From Chromera velia (taxonomy: Eukaryota): 58,491 bases of DNA. Position 1 is the stretch's first letter. Every line of letters starts with the position of its first letter. The notes under the pieces are model-generated. The model was given only the letters and a program-made list of their open reading frames with translations. It was not told the DNA's origin and did not search any database. Shown piece after piece: positions 49,805-58,491 of the stretch. The stretch spans positions 1 through 58,491 of the forward strand of contig JAHBMJ010000039.1 in assembly GCA_018398765.1 (NCBI GenBank), written 5' to 3'. The position numbers and the translations under genes were made by a program.

Positions 49805-51993
49805 AGGTGATAACTTGAAGTAGTTGTTATCAACCTTCCTGAACCTAAGTGCCACATGAAAAAATATAATCAAGATGGTCTCTATCTGCGGCATTGTTTT
49901 TCAAGAGACCGTCCACGTCTGCGGCGTAGACGGGCACTAGGACGGTCAACACACCGTCCAGATATGCGGCTTTGGCTTTCAAGACACCATAAATGATCCG
50001 CGCCTACGGCGCCGACTTTTAAGCTTATCCAAAAATGCGGCTTAAACTTTCAAGTGGTATAGTTAGCCTAAGTTAGGTTCAGGGACTAGCTAACAGGGAG
50101 GTCTTGTTATCTAGCTTGTTATCCACATGCATGACATATATCATTGCATGTTGCTAAGAGTGTTGCATACTAGCCTGCACAGAGTGCTGCTTGAAGAACA
50201 ACAGTTAATTGTTTTTATGATATTATGTATTAAGTATGTATTAGTATGTATGTTTTTTTTTTTTTTAAGTCCTAGTTTTAATTCAGTCTGTGCACTAGTC
50301 TGTGCAGAGCTTATATATAAGAAGAATTAAATATTTTCACAGGAAGAATCTGATTTGTTGGCATAGTACTAAGCATAGTAACCGTAAGTAATGCTATAGT
50401 TTGCCTCTCTCTATACTAAATAGGCTTATATCTACGCTTATATTTATCTGTTATTGCCTGTATGTATATAGTATGTATCTAGGTATGAATCTAGGTATGT
50501 ATACTATGCGTCGTATTAAATGCGTCGGCTACAGAAAGAAAAAAAAAAAAATCCCCCCAAATTATCCCTTAATTTGCGTTTTTTTTCTTTTTCATGCAGT
50601 CAAACATCTGCATGTTATTAAAGTGTTACACAAGTGTTGTTCATGTGTTGCATAACTGTTGTTAAGTCTTTTTCATAGTTAAAAAGTAAAAAAGAAAGAA
50701 AAAAAAAATTCTTCTCAATTTGATCACTTACTTTTTTTTCTTTAGCCGACGCCTAGGCCGACGCCTAGTATGCGCATACAGAATCATTGCAAATCTCTAG
50801 GCAGTCTAAGGCCTAGTCTAAGGCAGATCTATCAAATAGAAAATTGTACAAGTGGTTCGCCACGAATCGGATCAGATGACTGTTTAAAGAACAAGTGTAG
50901 CAGTCACACATCGTTGTTACATCGATCATTGATTCGAACATGTACATGTCTGTCTTGTTTATGCGTGCAATCATGTACAGAAAGAAAGCCTGAGAGGCCC
51001 TGGTGACGCAGATGAAAAAAGGCTGCTGCGCTCGATCAGAAAGCGGCGGCAACCCAATTCCATCTTGACATGCCCGGACACTTCCAAAAAGGGAGACACC
51101 ATTGACAACTGCCAGGCCGAGGCAGAGGCGCAAGCACAAATGAAGACTTCAGTCAAGAAGGGATGGAGGTGCAAAAACCTCTCCTGTCCAACACACGCAT
51201 CCATGCACTCAGAACAACTTGAAATCATGAGGTCATGAGGTCCAACGGCATAAATATGTACAGCCCCTCTCTCTCGTCCCCAGCGCCAGAGATTCATTTC
51301 ATACAGAAACATCGAGTAGTACTTCTTGATGGTTCAAATAGCATGCACCTCTCCTTCCCCATGCATTCCAAAAACAGTTCCAACCCCCCTCCGTTCACGT
51401 GCTGCTCTCCAAGAGGGCCGGTGCAATTGTGGAGCAGTTAGGCATCTGCAAAGAAGGACAGAAGGAAGAAAATGAGGGTACGCCTTTAAATGCGGAAAAC
51501 CTGAAGAAAAACAAGTGCATCGACAGGCAGCAGACATTGGTCAGACTCCATTAGATACAATACTTTGAACCCCTCTCAAAGGCGGGTTTCTTAAATGCGT
51601 AACTTGCAAACAGATAAGCAGGAAACTCAGGAGCGTAGAGACAAGTAGAAGACACGGAGGTAGATTGCGAGAAAGCTTCAGGCATGCAGATAGGCAAGTT
51701 GAACAAGGCATGGAAGGAAGCAAGGCGGACGCCGAAATGAAGGCATGCACACGGTCCAGGTAGCCCTGCATGAGATGAAGCATGTCCCCCCTGCAGGAGA
51801 TGAAGCATGTCTCCACTCACAGAAACAAACACCTGGGTGGCAGAGCGAGGATTTGAGGGATCAAGGTCATCGCAAAGGGAGTTCAGGGATAAAATAGGGA
51901 CTGCATCTGTGTCCGGGCATCTCTACTTTTCCATCTGTCTCTCTGCATCGCCGTCCATTTTGTTTGAAAAATTACGGGCGTTAATTGACTGAC

Positions 51994-54728
51994 GGCACAT
52001 GTATCGTGTCTCCAGCACAAACGGCGAGAGGCCCCGGCACTCCAGGCCCTGTGCGATCTCCGCACACCCAGAGGGACACCCAGTGGAAGGGCATGAACCT
52101 GAGCCCACGTGGTTCTTCACCATCTCAAGGAAGCACTCGCAGGCTGCAGGGAGAACCAGAATCGACTTTCAGGTCTGCCCTTCTCTGGTTGACTGTGATT
52201 TCATTTCATCGACCGTCACAAGAAGCACACACTGTTTGCAAAATAAGGTACCTATCCATGAGTCAGTGCAGCAGACGCACGGCACTGTGTTGTCTGTCGC
52301 TCTTCTTCAGACGAAGAGGACAAAAAACGGAAGGAAAGGATGGAAGGAAGGGGTGACATTGAAGAACGAAGAAGACACAACAGGAAGGAAGAAGACAGAG
52401 GACACTCATGCATGCAGAAGGAGATGAGGGAGGAAGAAAACGCATGTGGACAAAAGAGGAAAGGCGAGAGAAAGAAAGAACCTGAAAGACAGACAGACAG
52501 ACAGACTGACGTGCAGCAGAAGCACTGCAGGGCCAAGAGACCCTTTCTTGTTGCTGTACCGCTGCTGTTTCTTCTTGCACAGTCTCTGCCTCCTCTGTTC
52601 GTTCTGCAGCAACCACCTCTTCCTCTTCCTCCTCCTCTTCCTCGGTCTGGTCCTCCTCTCTCGGAGAGCTGTCAGTCGTCTCTTCGGGCTCCACGGTTGC
52701 CGTCTCGCTTTCTGCTTCATCCTCTGGTCTGTTGGTCTCCTCTTCCGCCACCACGGTTTCAGGCTCCTCAACCACCTCCACCTCAGGCTCCTCTTCCGCC
52801 ACCACGGTTTCAGGCTCCTCAACCTCAACAATTTCAGACTCCTCCTCCTCCACGGTCACTTCGGGCCCCTCTTCCACCACTGCGGTTTCAGGTACTTCCT
52901 CTTCCACAGGCTCCTCAGTAGGTGCCTCCTCTCCTTCCATCGTCTCTTCTGCAGCGACTTCGGCCACCTCCTCTTCCACGGACTCAACCAAAGTTGCCTC
53001 AGGCTTCTCCTCTTCGGTAGTCTCCTCCTCAACAGGAATTTCAGGCGCCACCTCCTCCTCTTCTACAGACTCCTCTGCCTCAGGTGCTTCCGGCTCCTCC
53101 ACCTCAACAACTTCAGACTCCTCCTCCTCCTCCACCGTAGTGCTTGTGGTGGTGGTGGTGGTAGTAGTGGTGGTGGTAGTAGTGGTAGTAGTGGTGGTAG
53201 TGGTCGTGGTGGCGGGCGCTGTGGTGGTGGTGGTGGTAGTTGGCATTTCCAGGCCCAGGAGTCTGTAGAACTCTTCAGCAGAGATCGGGTAGAGGTAGCC
53301 GTTGTCAGGGAAGACCTCCGAATCTGTTAAGAAGAGACACAGAGAGAGACGCGCATCAGGCATCGATGAGCTATGGGAGTCAATGAGGGAAGGATTCATT
53401 CGTGTCCTTCTTCACAACCAACACAGCCTGAAAAACTTCAGAGCGATCATAGGCACCGTGCGTCACATCGTCCCTCGCTAGTGTTTTCTTGGTGTCTTTC
53501 CGTCTTTCATTCCTCTGCGTTCGAGAAGGACAGAATGGAGTGGTAAAACCCAGACTCACTGTAGAGGGTAGTTGTGGTGGTAGTAGTAGTTGTGGTAGTG
53601 GTGGTAGTAGTGGTAGTTGTTGTGGTAGTTGTTGTGGTAGTGGTGGTAGTGGTAGTGGTGGTGGTTGTAGTGGTGGTGGTGGTGGTGGTTGCGGGTTCCG
53701 CCTCCACAGAGGGTGCAGGAACTGAACAAAGAAAGGCAGAACAGGCAGGAAAAGGGAGTGCTATCTTTGACAGTCTCCTTTTCAGAGAACCACAATGAGT
53801 GGCAAGGACGGAGGAGTGAAAGGGGGAGGAATTGACAGAAAGGAAGCAGCAGCAATAGAAGACAAGTAAGTGAAGGCCCTAATCACAAGAACCGGAACTG
53901 CAGAGAAACAGAGATGAGTGTCTAAGTGGAAAATACAAACACATGGAGGGAGGGGCAGAGAGGACAATGGTGAAGAGAGGGAAAGGAAGGGGGGTGGGGG
54001 TTGGAAAACGAAGCGAAAAGAAAGAAGCGAGCAGAAAACAAATCGAACAAAGAGAAGGACTCACAAGGGGAAACGAGAAACGAACAAAAGCGAAAAGAGG
54101 CCATGGAAAGCACAAGAAACAACAGGAAACGGGGGAGCAGCACATACATTAGAGCACTGGCACACCTATGTCAAGTTTGTCCCCTCCCTCGGCCGCCTTG
54201 CACTGCGTTCCATCAAGCTCGAAGCCCCTGAACAAACACAAAGAGAACAACAATGCCCATTGATTATCAGAAGATACACAGAAGCCACCCCCCTGGAAAG
54301 CTGCTGCCACTAGCAGTTCTGACGCGCCGTGCACACGTGCGCCACAAACACCAGTCACATTTAAACTCCCATTCCCCAACAGACACGGCAGCCCCTCGAA
54401 TGCTAACATACACCATCAATTCGACACAAAAACCTCTCGAAGTCAGAATTGCATCAGCCATCCGACACCGAAGCCATTGACAGAAGCCATTCGCACTCAG
54501 ACTCACGCATGCGGACCACCCCCGATAACAAAGCCATTCATATCTCAAAGCACTTGCCAAAAAGCAGCCGTATGGATACAAAACTCACTCTGGGCATCCG
54601 ACACAGAAGCCGTTCACAACACGAAATCCCTCCGGACAGCGTTGCAGACGCCGAGCGATCCTGTTGGGTGGTATGCCTGCCTCACAGACAAACAGGAGGC
54701 AGGAAAGAAAGACGATCAAGTACTTCAT
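51994..54728 (-). CDS. Secreted mucin-like protein: signal peptide, two oocyst-wall-type CPEGF repeats, poly-Thr tracts, Glu-rich stalk and Cys-rich C-terminus. The 3' exons below 51994 are unresolved.
   Basis: Exons 54728-54589 (MKYLIVFLSCLLFVCEAG...CPEGFRVVNGFCVGCP), 54227-54166 (EGFELDGTQCK), 53721-53560 (poly-T), 53323-52511 (poly-T, E/V/P-rich) and 52143-51994 (CECF...CPSTGCPSGCAE...C). Intron phases are compatible. Confidence 0.75.
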
Positions 54729-55443
54729 CGCAAACGTGACTGTACAACTGTTGTTCGTGATACGTACTCAAAGCGCAGTGTAGCGAGCAGTTGACTCAGA
54801 GGAGCCGACTCGCTATTTACAGAACTGTACAAGTGAAATGTTACAGTGAAAATGTGCTCTCCAGATGAAGACAAGCACAGAACTCAACCTTGTCGATAGC
54901 TGGTAAACAGAGAGCAACAAATATCGCAACCTTTTCTGACGCACGCCAGGGCTGTGCGAACAATCCCGGAAAGTCCAAAAGCTTAGAAGTGCCGTGGCAC
55001 GTCCACTCAACTTTTCCGCATTTTTTGCGGGGCCAAATTCGGCTCTTGGAAGGGCCCCGGCATGCCCCTAACCCCGAAGACCGCAAAATCGCTTTCACGG
55101 CCCCCGATTTTGTGCTGGGGCGGGGCCGCGCACCGCGCGCTTTTCGCTTTCGGACACAAGAATTGAGGCTCGGCTGGCCTTCCTCTCCCTGACTGTCTCT
55201 GTTTGATTGCCAGGCGTGCCAGCTTCGATTGGTGAACGTATTGTGAGAAGAGTCCTCAGAGTGGTCTTGTGCTGTACTTGATACAAGTTGTAAGTCTTGA
55301 GAGCGCCTGCACTTTCGATAAGGGACTGCTGTAAGGGAAAGTTTTTGAAGTGGTCGTGCTTCCCAGACTGAACATCGGTTCTCGGGTAGGCGGCCGAACA
55401 GACACATCTACCTCTGGAAAGGGAAACGAGTAAAGGCGGAAAG

Positions 55444-57130
55444 ATGCCGTCAATTCGGGAGGAGATTCCCTTCGGTCAGTCAGATGGAACAGAACAAGAG
55501 GGATTGGTCCAATGTTGATCTGAAGGAACTTTCTTTCAATCCGAAGGAACTTTCTTTCAATCCCGTCGTCTGTTTCTTTGTCCATTTGAGTGCAGAAAAG
55601 CGGTCACATGAGGCCCAGCGCATTCGTGCCAAGTACCCCAACCGGATACCCGTCATCTGTGAAAAGTCCAAGAGATCTGATCTCCCGGAAATCGACAAGA
55701 GAAAGTCAGTGGGTGAGTGGGTGAGTGAACAAATGGATGAATGGAGCGATGAATGAGTGAAATGAGACGAGAGAAAGTCAGTGAGTGAGTGAGTGAACAA
55801 ATGGATGAATGGAGCGATGGAGGAGTGAAATGAGACGAGAGAAAGTGAGTGAGTGAGTGAGTGAGTGAGTGAACAAACGGATGAATGGAGCGATGAATGA
55901 GTGAAATGAGACGAGAGAAAGTCAGTGAGTGAGTGAGTGAGTGAACAAATGGATGACTAAAGTGATGAATGAATGAATGAATGAATGAATGAATGAATGA
56001 ATGAATGAATGAATGAATGAATGAATGAATGAAATGAGACAAGAGAAAGTCAGTTATGCAATGAAGGTTCACTTCACGTATTTGTGAATGAGTGAGCAAA
56101 GCATGCTATGTTACTTCGAGAGAGGCAAAAGATTGTTCCACAGAAACGAAGTTGCGGAACTTCGGAGAGGCATTGTGGTGGAATGTTGGCAGTCCATTCG
56201 TCACTCAATGGACCAGCTGGTTTGCGTACTGCCCCTGCTTCCTTTCGACTTTCCGATGTCGACAGTCTCTTCTTTCTGATTTCGCATCTCTCCTCTTTGT
56301 CCCAACCTCCAGCTGCTCTCTCCTTCGACTGGCATACATACATCCTCTTCAAAGGAAGGCCAAGCATACCTTCTGTTCATCCCCTTGCGTAGCCTCTCAA
56401 AAGTGCCTGCCCTGTCTTCCGTCTTTTGAGTTTTTACTCCCGGGACAGGAAACTTTTGACCTTCGTTCGGCTTGTGCTTGATCACTCTTCCAGCGTTCAT
56501 TCCCCAACTCCCCTCTCTTGTCGTACGTCATCCGCCCAGCCACAGGTGTAGCTTGTCTGCAAATCTCTTTTGTCTGCTTTCTGATCGCTTCATGCGTCAA
56601 TGTCTTTCTCACCTTGTGCGCGAGTGGGTGCGTGTCTCTGTGTCTTTGTATGTGCGCACTTGTCTCTGGACAGTGGAAAGCGATGAGACGCTTGCATTTG
56701 GTTGAGGTCTTTGTCAGGAACAAAGGGGAAAGGAAGTGCACTCTCTGTCTGTTTTTCCCTTTCTCTTTGTCGCAAACACTCTTATGCGGTGTCGCGTGAA
56801 ATACCTGCTCTCTCACAAGGACTGCCGATCATGCTCATTCCGATCTCAACGTTCATACCTGCCCGAAAGGTCTGGTTTTCCACGGACTCCTTTTCTCCTC
56901 TTGCAAGATTTGGAGAGGGGTCTTTCTGATTGAGTGATAGCGCCAGATCTGATTCTCTCGTCTTCTCCCCCCCTTCCTTCGTTTGCCCCCACGTTTCTTC
57001 CTGGTCTGTCTGTGAAGAAGTAGGGGGCTGGTAAGGTGAGAGATCTGAGAAGCGTCACTCTTCCACCGATCTCTGTGCTCGCAGAGTTCTGTTCTGTTTG
57101 TGCGTGTGTGCGTGCGTGTGTGCGTGCGTG

Positions 57131-57171
<41 letters not shown>

Positions 57172-57495
57172 ACGCATCCTCAATTGTATGAAGCAAAACG
57201 TCGATGACTGTACTTCTGCTGCAGATTTCTGGTTCCGATGAACATGTTGGTGGGGGAGTTCAAGTACATTATCCACAAGCACATCAACCAGTGTGCGCAG
57301 AATTCGGGGATCACGATGGCAGCAGAGAAGACGATTTACCTTCACGCAGGACGGAACACGAACGTGAAGACTGGGTCTCTGATTTCGGAAATTTACGATC
57401 AGTACAAGGACCCTGATGGGTTTCTGTATTTTGAATACAGCGCGGAGAATACGTTGGGGGGTTTGGGGGCAGAAGCCGAAGAGATTTTTGAATGA
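55444..57495 (+). CDS. ATG8: Autophagy protein ATG8 (exons 55444-55474, 55596-55704, 57225-57495)
   Basis: [34 protein letters not shown]...[23 protein letters not shown]...[15 protein letters not shown] + [11 protein letters not shown]; apicomplexan-type ATG8. Confidence 0.95.
55694..56056. repeat. About 70-nt tandem repeats starting at the ATG8 exon 2 donor
   Basis: gac(a/g)agagaaagt(c/g)agt recurs 5 times; the first four copies are followed by gagtgaacaaa(t/c)ggatga. Confidence 0.85.
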
Positions 57496-58491
57496 GTGAG
57501 TGAGTGAGTGAATGAATGAATGAATGTATGGAGTGATGAATGAGTGAAATGAAGAAGCATACGGAGGTCACAGCAAGGAAGGAGTGGGAAGAAGGAAGCA
57601 GATGCAAATACAGATACACAGGGGGAAGGAGGAGGAGGAAGAGGAGTAGATCCTCTTCGGTAGGGCGACAGCACGATTGTTCGTTTGACATGACTTGAAG
57701 TACCTTCTCTTGGGGGGATGGGAGAAGAAAAAGGGGGGGGGGGATGGCAAGTGTGACTGTTTCTCTTTCTTCCTCTCCGGTGGGCCGACTGACGGCCTGC
57801 CGGTGTATCGACAGACTGAGAGAGCTAGAAGGAAAAAATGGAAAGGGACCTGGTTGGAGCAGAGAGAAATCAAGATGAGGCACGGTGGAGGTTGAGAGTT
57901 GGACTGTTTCTTCTTCTCTGTATCTGTGGGTAGAGTGAGATCTAGCCTGCCAGGAAGGCGAAAGAGGGGGCAGAGGGGGGAGCTAGGAGGTGTATGTGTG
58001 TGTATGCAAAAAGAGAAAGAAGCCCGGGGTGGGTTCGGGTTGGGTTTAGATCCTTCAATCTGTGTGGGGTCAATCAGTCAAGTGTGGGTTTGTTTGGGTT
58101 CAGAGAAGAGAAAGGGGCAATTAGAAGTCTCTCTCTTCCATTGGGGGGGCTCTGTCTTTCTGTCTGCTTCTATCTATCTGTCTTTCTGTTTCCTTTCTTT
58201 CTTTGGTGTTGTTGGTGGTGCGGTCTTTTGAGAGAGCGAGACCCTCCCTGTGCAATCGTTCTTCATTGTCCCCTCTCTTTGTTTGTATCTGCCTGCTCTG
58301 CTCGTTTGTTGTCAGTCCAGTGTTTCTTCGATTTACTTTCTTCGATCTGCTCCCGTGTCTGCCTGTCTCCGCTTTGCTTCACGTGAGAGAGAGGTCCGTG
58401 TTCGTGTCCGTTCGGATGTACACACTCGTTTGCCCGCACCGCTTTCCAATTGAAGCAGCCCCACCTTCGTCCATCCAATTCGATCCCCCCC

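Overview
This is eukaryotic, intron-rich, microsatellite-rich genomic DNA. It is probably from a chromerid or other plastid-bearing alveolate (inference): ATG8 is apicomplexan-like, RsmG has a bipartite plastid leader, and one protein has oocyst-wall-type Cys repeats. Seven spliced host genes can be reconstructed: a large EF-hand + WD40 protein (-), a RING + RRM protein (+), plastid-targeted RsmG/GidB with an RG-rich repeat (+), a myristoylated two-EF-hand protein (-), glutamate decarboxylase (+), a secreted Cys/Thr/Glu-rich mucin-like protein (-) and ATG8 (+). Six of them form three head-to-head pairs. A transposon cluster at about 20.2-30.8 kb holds a hAT-like MITE and a non-autonomous LTR element (TG...CA LTRs, 4-bp TSD, PBS, PPT). 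One LTR of that element is split by a decayed Ngaro/PAT-type tyrosine-recombinase retrotransposon with split direct repeats. The most unusual signal is a family of 40-60 nt inserts derived from the palindrome TGCATTTACTTTCATACAGAATTCTGTATGAAAGTAAATGCA. At three loci these sit between 24-50 bp direct duplications that straddle splice acceptors. Repeat copies in the TE cluster also differ almost only by transitions. All exon boundaries were read by eye.
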